Shown in pieces: positions 1 to 12,869 of a DNA stretch of 64,000 nt. Positions within the stretch are counted from its first letter, which is position 1. Every line of letters begins with the position of its first letter. Under the pieces are notes generated by a model. The model was not told the DNA's origin. It saw nothing but the letters and a program-made list of their open reading frames with translations, and did no database searches. The stretch is taken from the NCBI RefSeq assembly GCF_006345805.1, contig NC_042997.1, positions 106,082,001 through 106,146,000 of the forward strand. The letters run 5' to 3'. The position numbers and the translations under genes were made by a program. Source of the stretch: Octopus sinensis (Eukaryota).

Positions 1-1154
1 TCGAAGTTTATCTTGCATATATATAGTGTTTCTGTAATTAGTTGATTTATTTCAGAGATGATGTACTTATATTAATTCTTATCACTTAAGTGTTTTAAGA
101 AAATGATTAGTTTGTTTTCTGTTTTGTTTTAGGTTGTCGATGTTTTTGATTTGGGGAGGGGGCTTTATTATTATTATTTTTTTTTTTTTTGTTGCTAGAA
201 TTATTTTATTGTCCGTAAGTTTGTTTCAATTCCAAGGAATAACTATGTTTATTTAAAACATAGATGTCGTTACAGAATGGAAGGTTACAGACAGATTCCC
301 AGAGACAGAATGATAACGTCTTAGATTCCTACAGAAAAGACTAGAAGTTTTTGTTTTTACACAATATCTAGGGTCAGAAGACATGGTGAACTATTATGAC
401 CTCTTCGAATTTAAGACATGAAATTTGATATATAAATTAACAATTCAAATTATTGATCAACAATTACTCCATCCTATGTCACCGAGGTTCGTACTTGACA
501 CAGAGGTTTGACTGAAAACGTAAAATATCACTATAGTAGATCAACTGTTGTTGTGTAAAGTACTGTTTTGCAGGCTACTTTATAAATTACAAGAGAAATT
601 TGGCAGGATAGAACAATACTACTTTCGGACCCAGGGAAGTAGGATCCTATTAAATGTCGCTATTCCTTCTGCCTAGCAGATGCCTAGCAGATATGCACTT
701 CCTTGAAACTCTGAGTCCTAGATCGGGAGCAGCCTCCTATAAGTCCTGCCAATCTAACATGGGTTATGAATGAATATGTATACAAATACATGTTCATCTA
801 TTGAATAATATATATTTGTTCTCGCTGTGAATTTAAGCAATGGAATGAATTAACAGAGTCGTAGAACATTGAATTAAATGCTTTGTGGGTGTCCAGCTCT
901 CACTGATCTGAGTTCAAAACCCATTGGAAACCAGCTTGCCATTACTTCATTATGGGATCAATGCAGAACTTCAAGGAGATGGATTAGCAGAATTGTAAGA
1001 ACGTAGGAGGAATCATTTTGCAGTCTGTGTTCGAGTTCTGTACGTTTTAAGTTCAAAATCCCGCTTAAATTACCATTATTATGAAGTAACCTCCTCCCAA
1101 TCACAGATACAAAGAAGCACGCACACACACACACGCACATACACACACATACAT

Positions 1155-1366
1155 ACACACACACATACATACATATATGGGTTTCTTTCAGTTTCCGTCT
1201 ACCTAATCCACTCACAAAGCTTTGGTCGGCCCGAGGCTACAGAAGAAGCTACCTGCCCAAAGTACCATGCAGTGTGACTGAACCCAAAACCATGTGGATC
1301 CTCTTTAAGGCAGTGCTCCAACATGACCGTAGTCTAATGACTGAAACAAGTAAAAGAATAAAAGAG
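1155..1366. mobile_element. Family A SINE fragments (5' half on minus, tail on plus)
   Basis: TTTCAGTTTCCGTCTACCTAATCCACTCACAAAGCTTTGGTCGGCCCGAGGC is the reverse complement of the family A body; it is followed by a plus-strand tail ...CTAATGACTGAAACAAGTAAAAGA. Confidence 0.7.
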
Positions 1367-1514
1367 TAACTGTGGTTTCGGGAATTCAGTACTATGACAA
1401 AACTTTGGTCAGAACAGAAAAGTAATAACACATTTACTAAGTATTCGGTCCTATCCATTGTATATTTCTGTTACGCTTAAGGGGACAGGATATGCGGGAA
1501 AATTTACATTAAAC

Positions 1515-1930
1515 TAGGCGCAGGAATGGCTGTGTGGTAAGTAGCTTGCTTATCAACCATATGGTTCCGGGTTCATTCCCACTGCGTGGCACCTTGAGCA
1601 AGTGTCTTCTACTATAGCCTCGGGCCGACCAAAGCCTTGTGAGTGGATTTGGTAGACGGAGACTGAAAGAAGCCCGTCGTATATATGTATATATATATGT
1701 ATGTGTGTATATGTTTGTGTGTCTGTGTTTGTCCCCACAACATCGCTTGACAACCGATGGTGGTGTGTTTACGTCCCCGTAACTTAGCGGTTCGGCAAAA
1801 GAGACCGATAGAATAAGTACTAGGCTTCCAAAGAATAAGTTCTGGGGTCGATTTGGTCGACTAAAGGCGGTGTTCCAGCATGGCCGCAGTCAAATGACTG
1901 AAACAAGTAAAAGAGTAAAGAGTAAAGAGA
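1515..1930 (+). mobile_element. Full-length tRNA-derived SINE, family A (CORE-like body, internal TA/TG microsatellite, (AAAGAG)n tail)
   Basis: A-box-like TGGCTGTGTGGTAAG and B-box-like GGTTCATTCCC, CORE-like CACCTTGAGCAAGTGTCTT, internal microsatellite, 3' hairpin CAGTCAAATGACTG and AAAGAG repeats. Many homologous copies elsewhere in the window. Confidence 0.85.
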
Positions 1931-2924
1931 GAGTGCAACTACCATTGCTACTTAATTGGCCCCACCCAATCTTCATCAACGATCCATAATAGCAGTCGTC
2001 GCCTTTGATATTAACTCGTATCCGAGTAGTAGACTGTTACAATTTTCTGTAGCTTTCATAATCATTTAGGATACTGTTCTTGGATGATTAGGCCTGGCTA
2101 TTCATTGGGTTTTTACTTCCTAAATCGAACAAAGAGTCGGAACTGATACAGCCAGGTTTATTGGATGACCAACCCACAAATAAACCACCAGGATTGTCAC
2201 TTTAGATAACGACCGGGAAATAATGCAAAGTCAACCTCGGTGGGATTTGAACTCAGAGTACAGAGACCAGGGAAATATACCAAAAGGCATTCTTTCTAAC
2301 GCCCTAACGACTCAACCAATTTGCCAGTACTGGTAACTGAATACAAAACCTTGCTCCGTCAGTTGTTAGTTTGAAATACTTTATTGATACAGCCATCTGC
2401 AACTCACTGAAATGGAGTAAATAAGGTCATAAATATCCAGCAATGATAATTGGTCAGTTTAAATGCAACATACGTCCTTTTATGCAGAAGAAAATAAAAG
2501 AAAACAACAACAACAACAACAACAAAACTAGACAGTTGATCAACTTATTGGCTGCTACTTTTACACTGGTTGACCTTATCAGTTGGACAGAGAAGTGAAA
2601 CATAAGTAGTTTCTCAGCTCTGTCTATCTAGTTCCTTCCCCCCTTTCTGCATTCGTTGCAAAAGGATTTCTTACATGAGAAAAGAAAAAAAAAGGGACAG
2701 CTCTTTGTTGAGAAATAGGGATAATTGCAGCGTTCTTGGTTCATAACTGATACTTATTTCACCGATACCATAAGCAAAGTCAATTTTGACAAAGACGGAG
2801 CTTGAAAGTGAAAAAAAAAACGTTTTGTTTTTTAGTGGGGGAGTTGTTTTTCAATTTTCACCACCACCGACGCTAACAACGACAACAACTACAATATCAT
2901 CAATAGCAGCGAGAATAATGTCTG

Positions 2925-3135
2925 TAATTTAGAGACAAGGCCACCAAATTTGAAGGGATGGCGATTAGTCGATTATATCAACCTCCTTATATGACTGGTA
3001 CTTTTATCGACACCACCCCCGAAAGGATGAAAAGCTAAGTTCATCTCGGGAGGACTAGAACTGAGAACGTGAAAAAGCAGGAATAAATGCCGCAAAATAT
3101 TTTTCCTGGCCTTCTAACGATTCTACCAATTCACA
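2925..3135 (-). mobile_element. Degenerate family B SINE
   Basis: CGAAAGGATGAAAAG, GAACTGAGAACGT and CTAACGATTCTACCA match family B copies. Confidence 0.55.
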
Positions 3136-4443
3136 GGCGATAGTAACGACGACAACGACGATTATGATGATTTCTTTTACTTGCCATAAGGACAACGAAT
3201 GAAGGGACATTTCTTGGTCACACTGAAATTGAATGAGAAGAAAAAAGTTAAAGTGAAAGTAAAAATAATATGAAATGCTTATAATGTCTTTGGAGGAGAC
3301 CCTTCGCCCAAAGGTAACCAAAGAGTCGCACAAATCTTGGATTATCCTTGTTTCTCAGTTCCCCGGTCTACAGGCATATGTTGACAGTAGATATTCTTGC
3401 TCACCACTTTTTCTCACCAATAATTTCTTAATTCGTCATAATTGGAAAGATAAAGACAAATGAGAGAAAAAAAAAACTGGAGTGTTAAGCAGAACTTAGT
3501 GGTGAAAACTTAAGCCATATATAATAACAATAAAGAAAAATAATAAAATGAAGCATTCTAACAAGAGAACAGTCACCTACGGCCAATCAAGGATTCTCAC
3601 AAATCAAAGGTTACCCGAACCACTAAATTTAAGAGCTCTTTCAGCTGTTTCCTGGTTTACAGGCGCATGTTGAGACCAGATCCATTCAATCGCACCATGC
3701 AATCATATTTCATCTGTCTTTAAGCAAATTCACTAGAGAACAGTACTTTTCTCTCTTCCTGCACCTTCCTCTCTAAAGAGCTCTGGTAGCAAAGCGTTTA
3801 GGCAAAAAGGAAAGTATGCACCTGCAGTCAATTCCACCTTGTCCAACAGTTAATCTCTTTCTCTATAACCATCAAGCAGAGATGAATTTCTAACCCTTCC
3901 CGATCAAAATACGGACATGGTGCAATGTTCGCGATTGCAGTGACAAATAATCAGGTATGTTCTAATCGAAACACTGCTAGCCGACATAACTTGCAATTCA
4001 GCAAGTGTGTTCAGAATGGTTTCCTTTGTTCTATGCGCTTTTAGGACAAACCCGGGATCAGCAGACAGTGCTACATCATCATCAAGTTAGTATAATCCGA
4101 ACTGGGAATCCTTCTCTCTCTCTCTGTACAACTGCCAAGGCTGGCTTTCTAGAAGTTATGCGCAGTATTTGTGTTGAAGTTCTGAAATTGACTGTTAAGT
4201 AGGATTTCGTCGAAGCTTAGCGTCTACTCGAAAACATTAAAACTTCTGCCCATTGCTAACAGTCTATAGAATGTAAGGTTTGACAAAACATCGGCAGCAT
4301 TTTTTGTTTGGTAGAAAATCTTGATCCCCCGGCAACTTTCAAGATGTCCGGCGCTAAAGTTCGGCCAGACTCGTCAAAGGGACGAAATATGTCAAGATGT
4401 GGCTGACAAACAGTGGTTATAACTTCTATGCAGATCCTGCGGT

Positions 4444-4445
<2 letters not shown>

Positions 4446-4495
<50 letters not shown>

Positions 4496-4530
4496 TAATA
4501 ATAATAATAATAACAACAACAACAACAATA
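4446..4530. repeat. (TAA)n/(CAA)n microsatellite
   Basis: Direct reading. Confidence 0.95.
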
Positions 4531-4531
4531 A

Positions 4532-4968
4532 TTCTACCAAAAACTGAGCAAATATAAAGATCTTGAAATAGAAATCAGCAAAATGTGGAAGCTGAAGACT
4601 AAAACAATACCTGTTGTCATGCGTGCCCTGGGAATGATAGCAAAAGGGGCTGATTGCTACCTAACTCAGATACCAGGAAACCCCAAAATGGCAGAAATTC
4701 AAAAGATAGTGCTCATGGGAACTGCTCATATCCTACGCAAAATACTTTCTATGTAATCTCAAGGTTTAAAACAAACATAATTTTCCTTTTTTTTTATTCT
4801 TTTTATTTTTTTATTTTTTAGACATTCACTAGTACAACACCAAAAAAAAAACAAATATATGGCACACTAGGCATAACAACAACATGAACTTCCAACCTGT
4901 TGTCTCTTGAGGTCTCTGGGTGAGACTTGGAGCCAACTTGTACAAATATAAAGCAAAAGTCAAACTTA

Positions 4969-4970
<2 letters not shown>
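4532..4970 (+). mobile_element. 5'-truncated R4/Dong-like (restriction-like endonuclease) non-LTR retrotransposon, 3' end
   Basis: 4532-4756 translates FYQKLSKYKDLEIEISKMWKLKTKTIPVVMRALGMIAKG...IQKIVLMGTAHILRKILSM*, the typical C-terminal RLE signature (KY.DL..E...W...PVV..LG...GTAHILRK). A 3' UTR of about 215 bp runs directly into (TAA)n. Confidence 0.8.
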
Positions 4971-5027
<57 letters not shown>

Positions 5028-5038
5028 TAATAATAATA

Positions 5039-5130
<92 letters not shown>
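4971..5130. repeat. (TAA)n-(GAT)n-(TAA)n compound microsatellite
   Basis: Direct reading. Confidence 0.95.
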
Positions 5131-5132
<2 letters not shown>

Positions 5133-6097
5133 GGAGAAGAAGAATTCTTTCTAGTTTTGATACAAGGCCATCAAGACGACGAGTGAGCCGATTACATCGA
5201 CCACAGCGCTAAATGGGTACATATTTTATCAACACTGTAAGGATGAACGGTAAAATTGACTTCAGCAGGATTTGAACTCAGGACATAAAGAGCCGCAAAG
5301 CACTTTTCCGATGCCCTGGCATTTCTGTCAACTTAATTATACCTTTCAATCTTTTTAAATATGTGATTACTTTATCTGCCCCAAACGCTTTGAATTCAGG
5401 ATTCTCTCCATTTCCCCACGCTTTTTAACGTGATTGCTTGCCTCAAAGTTGATGGCTTCGGGGTTTGGAGGCCTTACAAAAGTATGGATGTTTATACTAA
5501 AATTAAATGAAAAAATGAAAGTGGAATTATACTCTAAAATTCTATAATATCAGTAGAGCATGACCACCACATACGGCCAATTCAGGTCGTTTAGTTCTCG
5601 ATGGAAGTTGGAAGTATCTATGTTAAGTCCTTTCGCCATAGGTATCGAACAATTTCAGAGGTGTAGTTGATTATAGCAACTCAAATAGGCAATTGGCTCA
5701 TATATGCACCTATCACTCCTAGTCGTTCGACCCGCTACTGCCATTCCAAATGCAGACCTGAAGTTTACACGACAACAATAATAACCTGTACTCATGATCT
5801 TCCGTCTCTCATAGGAGAACGAAAAGTAGGGTCCTCTTTAGGCAGGATAATTTAAATTCTAAACCTGCTCTTCGTTCTTACCTGGTCGACAAAATAATTA
5901 CTAAGTACTAGGAGCGATATAACAGACTATCCCAAATCATAACCTTCCTGTCATTTTTTTACCTTTCCATTCTTCTTCATATAAGTATGTGTGTGAGCGC
6001 GTGTGTGTATGTGTGTGTGTATTTTTATTCTTTTAATTAATTTTCTTCATGTGTATTTAGACATAAATCCACTATTTATCAAATTATAGCTGTCTTG

Positions 6098-6275
6098 AAG
6101 GCAGCCAGCTGACAAAATCGTTATTGCATCCAAAAATACTTAGTGGAATTTCTTTCTACATTTCATGAGCTGAGTTCAAATACTACCAAAGTCGACTTAG
6201 CCTTTCATTCTCTCAGAGTCGATAAAATAAACACCAATTGCAATCGACTTGTCCACTCCCTAAAAATTTCATAGC
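6098..6275 (+). mobile_element. Degenerate family B SINE
   Basis: GGCAGCCAGCTGACAAAATCGTTA head, GAGTTCAAAT B-box, GTCGACTTAGCCTTTCAT body. Confidence 0.6.
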
Positions 6276-6373
6276 TGTCCTCTTTGTTTTCATTTCAGAA
6301 TTTGTGTGAAATATTCTACTGATTTATTTAATCGTGAGTTAACTACCGATTTTAACACTATATGTGTGTGTTT

Positions 6374-6415
<42 letters not shown>

Positions 6416-6599
6416 CGAACTACTCATCTATCCATTCACCCAAATATTCATCTACCCATCTACCTACCCAACGATTCTTTTCATCCATCCATCATCCACC
6501 CCTCTTTCCATCCATTTATCTCAGTCAGTCTCCCTGTCAGACCCAAAATCCAAAGCCCGATCATTCACTGCCCACCGCCTACTTGTCTAAATAAATAAA

Positions 6600-6632
6600 T
6601 GAATAATAATAATGATAATGATAATAATAATG

Positions 6633-6666
<34 letters not shown>

Positions 6667-6715
6667 CAACAACAACAACAACAACAACAATAATAATAAT
6701 AATAATAATAATAAA
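6600..6715. repeat. (AAT)n/(AAC)n microsatellite
   Basis: Direct reading. Confidence 0.95.
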
Positions 6716-7689
6716 TAGAGGCAATCACGTGACTTATGTTGGAAATTGTTTCACTTAGCCGGAAGTAAAAAAAATTATCTTTATCATTCATTGATTATTT
6801 TTCTTTATTAATAATTATTTTTGCTGTTTTGTTCTATTTCGTTGCTTTTACGGTTATGTAGGGTTGTTAAAAGGACAATTTCATCTACAATCGCTTCTAA
6901 CTCTATCCTCCGACACCCGGAACAACACTCGATACTTACTAACTACAACCTCTACCCAAACAATGCACTCAGTGACCCGGCAATCCCTACTGCCTTTGCA
7001 CTGTTATCAAATACTGCATGACGAGTGTATGTTCCGAAATACACATTCAAGGGTCAGACCAGGGCATATGTCGACAACAGTGTGGATAGCAAGGCGATTT
7101 TAACATCATCTTAGGTGTTGCTACACACATTTTTTCCCCTTTATTTTTATCATTTTCGTTAGTGCTTTTTATTTTGATTTCTGTTTTGTTTTGTTTTTTG
7201 TTTTTTCATAGTTGTGTTGGTGGTAATGATGGAGGTGGGTATAGTAAAGGTGTCGTTGGTGGGGATGAAGGTAGGGAAAGTTGTGTCTTGCTGTGACTTC
7301 TTTCCGCTTGTTATATTTTATGTTCATTTTAATGACGATAGATTACCAGAAACAGTAGAGTGACAGACTAAATACTTTCCCCTATTTACTTCCATCTTAC
7401 CTTTCAACAGTCAACCTACAAGGACACGTTTGCTTCTGTTGTTGTTGTCATTCTTCTTCTTCTTCTTCTAGTAGTAGTAGTAGTAGTAGTAGTAGTTCTT
7501 GTTTAGTTTTTTCTTCTTCCTTTATGGCTTTTGTTGTTGAATAAAGTGACCCCGAAGTCGTGCAGTAGAATCTCGTTTTATTGCTGGCAGTACCAGGTCC
7601 TTTCGTCCTTATATCAGACACACCAAATCAGTATTTGAATTTACAAACTGCATTTGAAATTATATTTTGTACATATTGTAAACCATAAT

Positions 7690-8190
7690 ATTCTTTTCTA
7701 CTCTAGGCACAAGGCCCAAAATTTTGGAGGAGGGGCCAGTACGTAACTGGTACTTAATTTATCGACCCCGAAAAGAAGAAAAGCAAAGTCGATCTCGGCG
7801 GAATTTGAACGCAGAACGTAAAGACAGACGAAATACCTATTTCTATTTCTTTACTACTCACAGGAGCTAAACACAGAGAGGACAAACAAGGACAGACAAA
7901 CGGATTAAGTCGATTATATCGACCCCAGTGCGTAACTGGTTCTTTTTTAATCGACCCCGAAAAGATGTAAGGTAAAGTCGGCATCGGCAGAATTTGAACT
8001 CAGAACGTAGCAGCAGACGAAATAAACAAGGACAGACAGACGGATTAAGTCGATTACATCGACCCCAGTGCGTAACTGGTACTTATTTAATCGACCCCGA
8101 AAGGATGAAAGGCAAAGTTGACCACGGCGGAATTTGAACTCAGAACGTAACGACAGACGAAATACGGCTAAGCATTTCGTCCGGCGAAAC
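7690..8190 (-). mobile_element. Trimeric family B SINE
   Basis: Three successive bodies (ATCGACCCCGAAA...GGAATTTGAACTCAGAACGT...CAGACGAAATA) joined through TTTGTCCTCTCTGTGTTTAGC-type tails; the terminal tail is GGCCCCTCCTCCAAAATTTTGGGCCTTGTGCCTAGAGTAGAAAAG. Confidence 0.8.
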
Positions 8191-8291
8191 CATAATAATG
8201 CAACTGTTATATAGGTGGACACAGTTAACATGCAGTTCAGTATCCTAGAAATTTAAAAGTAAACTGTCTGTAGTGAAAGGTAAAAGTAAAT

Positions 8292-8525
8292 TGCAATAGA
8301 AACCAGACGAGACGACAGTGACATCCCATTATTTCAGAAAGAGAACATAAGTAACATAAGCGCATGCGTGGCTGTGTGGTAAGAAGCTTGCTTCCCAACC
8401 ACATGGTTGCGGGTTCATTCCCACTGCGTGGCACCTTGGGCAAGCGTCTTTTACTATAGCCTCGGGTCGACCAAAGCCTTGTGTGTGGATTTGGTAGACG
8501 GGAACTGAAAGGAAACTGCCGTATA
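8292..8525 (+). repeat. Left arm of inverted duplication (unique flank plus 5' half of a family A SINE)
   Basis: Reverse complement of 14124-14355, with about 5 differences seen by eye. Confidence 0.85.
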
Positions 8526-8542
8526 TATATATATGATATGTG

Positions 8543-8575
<33 letters not shown>

Positions 8576-8715
8576 AATATACATATATATATATATATGT
8601 ATGTATATATGTATATATATATATGTATATATGTATATATGTATATATATATATATAATACATATATATATTATATATATACATATATATGCATATATAT
8701 ATATATATAGCATAT

Positions 8716-8791
<76 letters not shown>

Positions 8792-8817
8792 CATATATAT
8801 ATATGTATTATATATAC

Positions 8818-8848
<31 letters not shown>

Positions 8849-8921
8849 AATGCATATATAACTACCTACTATAATGATATATATATTATATAATATATAT
8901 ATAATATATATATATATATGT
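8522..8921. repeat. (TA)n-rich microsatellite
   Basis: Direct reading. Confidence 0.95.
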
Positions 8922-9535
8922 ATCATCATCATCATCATCATCATCATTTAGCGTCCGTTTTCCATGCTAGCATGGGTTGGACGGTTCTACTGGGGTCTGT
9001 GAAGCCAGAAGGCTTCATCAGGCCCAGTCAAATCTGGCAGTGTTTCTACGGCTGGATGCCCTTCCTAACGCCAACCACTCCGTGAGTGTAGTGGGTGCTT
9101 TTTACGTGCCACCCGCACTGGTGCCAGACAGAGCTGGCAAACGGCCACGAACGGATGGTGCTTTTTATGTGCCACCGGCACGAGGGCCAGGCGAGGCTGG
9201 CAACGGACACGAAACGGGGCGGTGCTGGCAACGGTCGCGAAACGGAAAGTTCTCTTACATGCCACGGCACTGGTAACACATCTGCAATTTCCATTGATCG
9301 ATTTCCATTGATCGATTTCGATTCTGATCGTCACTTGCCTCAACGGGTCTTCACAAGCAGAGTTTTGACATGCCACCGGCACTGGTAGCACATCCGCAAT
9401 TTCCATTGATCGATTTCGATTCTGATCCTCACTTGCCTCATCACGTCTTCACAAGTAGAGTTTTGTGTCCCAAGAAGGGAAGGTATGCATACGTAGGCTG
9501 GCTCCATCCCATGTAGAAGGCCACGGGTTATGGAC

Positions 9536-12500
9536 TCACTTGTCCTGCCGGGTCTTCTCGCGCACAGCACACTTCCAGAGGTCTCGGTCTCTAGTCATTT
9601 CCTCAGTGAGACCTAAAGTTCGAAGGTCGTGCTTCACCACCTCGTCCCAGGTTTTCCTGGGTCTGCCTCTTCCACAGGTTCCCTCAACCGCTAGGGTGTG
9701 GCACTTTTTCACACAACTATCTTCATCCATTCTCGCCACATGACCATACCAGCGCAAACGTCTCTCTTGCACACCACAACTGATGCTTCTTAGGTCCAGC
9801 TTTTCTCTCAAGGTACTTACACTCTGCCGAGTGTGAGTACCGGCATTACACATCCATCGGAGCATACTGGCTTCATTTCTAGCGAGCTTACGCATATCCT
9901 CAGCAGTCACGGCCCATGTTTCACTGCCATGTAGCATGGCTGTTCGTACACACGCATCATACAGTCTGCCTTTCACTCTGTGCGAGAGGCCTTTTGTCAC
10001 CAGCAGAGGTAAGAGCTCTCTGAACTTTGCCCAAGCTATTCTTACTCTAGCAGTTACACTTTCAGCACACCCCCCCCCCCGCTGCTGACTTGGTCACCTA
10101 GGTAACGGAAACTATCAACTATTTCTAGTTTTTCTCCCTGGAAAGTGACGGAAGTTGGTCTCAGAGCATTTTCAGTGTTTATTGTTCCTGAGCATCTGCC
10201 ACATACAAAAACCATCTTCCTAGTTAGCCTTCCTTTGACATTGCTGCATCTCTTATGTGTCCATAGCTTACACTTGGTGCATCTTATAGAGTTTCTACCT
10301 ACACCTTTTCTACAGATCGAGCAGGGCCATCTACCTGAAGGTGTTTGTGATTTGTCTACCTTCCTACTGATTACGACTTTGGTTTTAGCTAGATTGACTC
10401 TGAGGCCCTTCGATTCTAATCCTTGTTTCCACACCTGAAAACTTCTCCTCCAGTTCTGATAGCGACTCAGCAATTAGAGCAAGGTCATCAGCAGAGAGGA
10501 GCTCCCAAGGACATCCTGTCTTGAATTCCTCCGTTATTGCCTGGAGGACTATGATAAATAGGAGGGGGCTGAGTACTGAGCCTTGGTGGACTCCTACCTC
10601 TACCCGGAATTCTTCACTGTACACATTTCCAACCCTCACCCTACTAGCGGCGTCCCTGTACATGGCCCGCACAGCTCTCACTAACCATTCATCTATCCCT
10701 AGTTTCCTCATTGCCCACCAGATAAGGGATCGGGGGACCCTGTCGAAGGCTTTCTCCATGTCAACAAAAGCCAGGTACAGGGGCTTATCTTTGGCTAGGT
10801 ATTTCTCCTGCAGCTGCCTTACCAGGAATATAGCATCAGTAGTACTTTTCCTGGCACAAACCCAAACTGCATCTCATCTAAGCTAACTCTCTCTCTAATT
10901 AGTTGGGCTATGACCTCTCCGTAACCTTCATCACCTGGTCCAACAGCTTGATACCTCTGTAGTTATTTGTATCTAGGGCATCACCTTTACCTTTGTAGCA
11001 GTTGACTATTATACTGCTACACCAGTCATTGGGTATGACCCCTTTGTGTATCACCTGATTAACTATACGGGTGACTAGGCTATAGCCGACACTACCAGAC
11101 ATTTTGAGCATCTCTGCAGTGATTCCTGATGGGCCTGGGGCTTCCCTGTCTTCATGCTTCTAATTGCCTTAGCTACCACGGAACTATCAACTCGGATAGC
11201 TGGTCCCTCTGTTGGGTCAACATTCGGCAGACTCTCTTTATCCCATTCATTTTCTTCATTCAGCAACCTTTCATAGTGGCATCTCCAAACCTCTCTCTTT
11301 GCATCCTCATTTAGCGCAAGTGAACCATCTTCCATGCGAACACACTTCTCTCCTACCACCTCACGATTCTCTCTCACACACTGTCTTGCAACACGAAACA
11401 CCTCCAGTCTTTGGTCCTCACGGCGCAGAACATTGGCAAATTTTTTCTTATCTGCTTCCCCTCTGGCTAAATAAACCTGTCTCCTAGCTTCTCTTTTGGC
11501 AGTCTGATACAATCCCTGCTACCCCCATTTTTCCAGACCTTCCAAGCCTGTCTCTTTTCTCTAATAGCCTGTCTACATATTGTTCCACCACCACGTTATT
11601 CTAGGTCGAGAGGGGACTTTGCACCAGCCACAGATCTGGTCAGTGGCTCTCAGCAGGTTGTCCCTTAGAAACGTCCAGCTGTCTTCTACCCCCTGTGATG
11701 CTCTATCCCCTTCTACTTCGTCAGAGGCTTCAAGTAATATGTCCCTAAATCTCTGTCCATTTGCAGGATCTTTAAGCTTCCAGATCCTTCTTCTCCATAT
11801 TTGTCGTCTTCTGGTTGTCCTCCTAGTCCTGATCCTAAAGTCACTAACTACCAGTCTATGTTGTGGGGTACATTCTTCACCTGGGAAGGTTTTGGCATTT
11901 ATAAGCAGCCATCTCTCCCTTTGCCTTGTAAGGATGTAGTCAATTTGGCTGGTATGTTGGCCCGATTGGTAAGTGACTAGGTGGCTGGTAGGTTTCCTGA
12001 AGTTAGTGTTGCAAATCATAAGATTATTTGCATCGCAGAACTCAGCAGCCTGGTTCCCTCCTCGTTGCGGGAGCCATAGCCATAGCCTCCATGTACGCCA
12101 TGGAAGCCCCCAGCATGTCGTCCAACGTGACCATTGAAGTCACCAGCCACAAAGATAAGGTCTCTGTCGTTCGTCAACGAGGTAGTCTGCAGTAGAGTGT
12201 CATAGAATCGGTCTTTCTGTCCATCGGGTAGCCCCGACTGAGGAGCATAGGCTGATATAATGGTTGCTAAACTATGATGAAGCACTAATCTAATCTTAAG
12301 TATTCTGTCACATACTCTGATTACCTCAATTACTTTATCTACCCATTTCTCAGCGATAAGTATACCCACGCCACCAACCCCGTCAGTGTTCCCTGCCCAG
12401 AAAATCTTGTACCTGCGTTCTTGCCTGTGAGGAACCTAGCTGATCCTCCTCTCCACCTTATTTCTTGCATGCAACATATATCCACACATCTCCGTTCAAG

Positions 12501-12698
12501 CATCTCGACTATCTCACCAGACCTACCTTTCAGAGTGCCAACGTTGAGGGTGCCAACCCTGAGGGTGTGGGAGGCATGGGCTCTAGAGACCCTGGGACGG
12601 TGGACAGTAGCTTCGTGTACCTGAAAAGAAAGCTCGCATTTGGCAGAATTCATGTGCAAGAAATGAAGTAGTAAAGTAGCCTTCAGTACAACCTGCAT
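9536..12698 (-). pseudogene. RTE ORF (endonuclease-reverse transcriptase) broken into at least 8 frames
   Basis: ORF-track pieces 12339-12698, 12016-12369, 11573-12019, 11075-11512, 10908-11111, 10385-10759, 10054-10473 and 9536-10000 are consecutive parts of one protein. Confidence 0.88.
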
Positions 12699-12869
12699 AA
12701 CGCTAGCCTTTCATATTTGCACTGTATGAACATTACCTTACATAGGTCGAGGCTAGGGGTAGGGAGGGGTAGGGATGGTGAGAACATTTGCAGTCTTCAT
12801 GGGAAGCAACCCCGGAATGGCAGAGAATAGGAACTTCCGGCATGCGTGGTGGGGGTGGGAGTGCGGGTG

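Noticed and set aside
958-1215. 85-aa minus-strand ORF with a protein-like C-terminus
   Set aside because: It overlaps a decayed family B SINE on the plus strand and a CA microsatellite.
8237-8947. Long IY/YI, MYVC, IYLS, HT-rich ORFs here and throughout the ORF track
   Set aside because: They are translations of (TA)n, (TATG)n, (GATA)n and (CA)n microsatellites.
8995-9025. CTGATGA plus hairpin in the RTE 3' UTR (minus strand)
   Set aside because: No GAAA follows the stem.
9536-12698. RTE frameshifts as evidence of old age or programmed frameshifting
   Set aside because: Several 1-nt indels in this window fall in short homopolymers (also in the IR arms, the 5' duplication and the SINE array), so consensus error cannot be excluded without reads.
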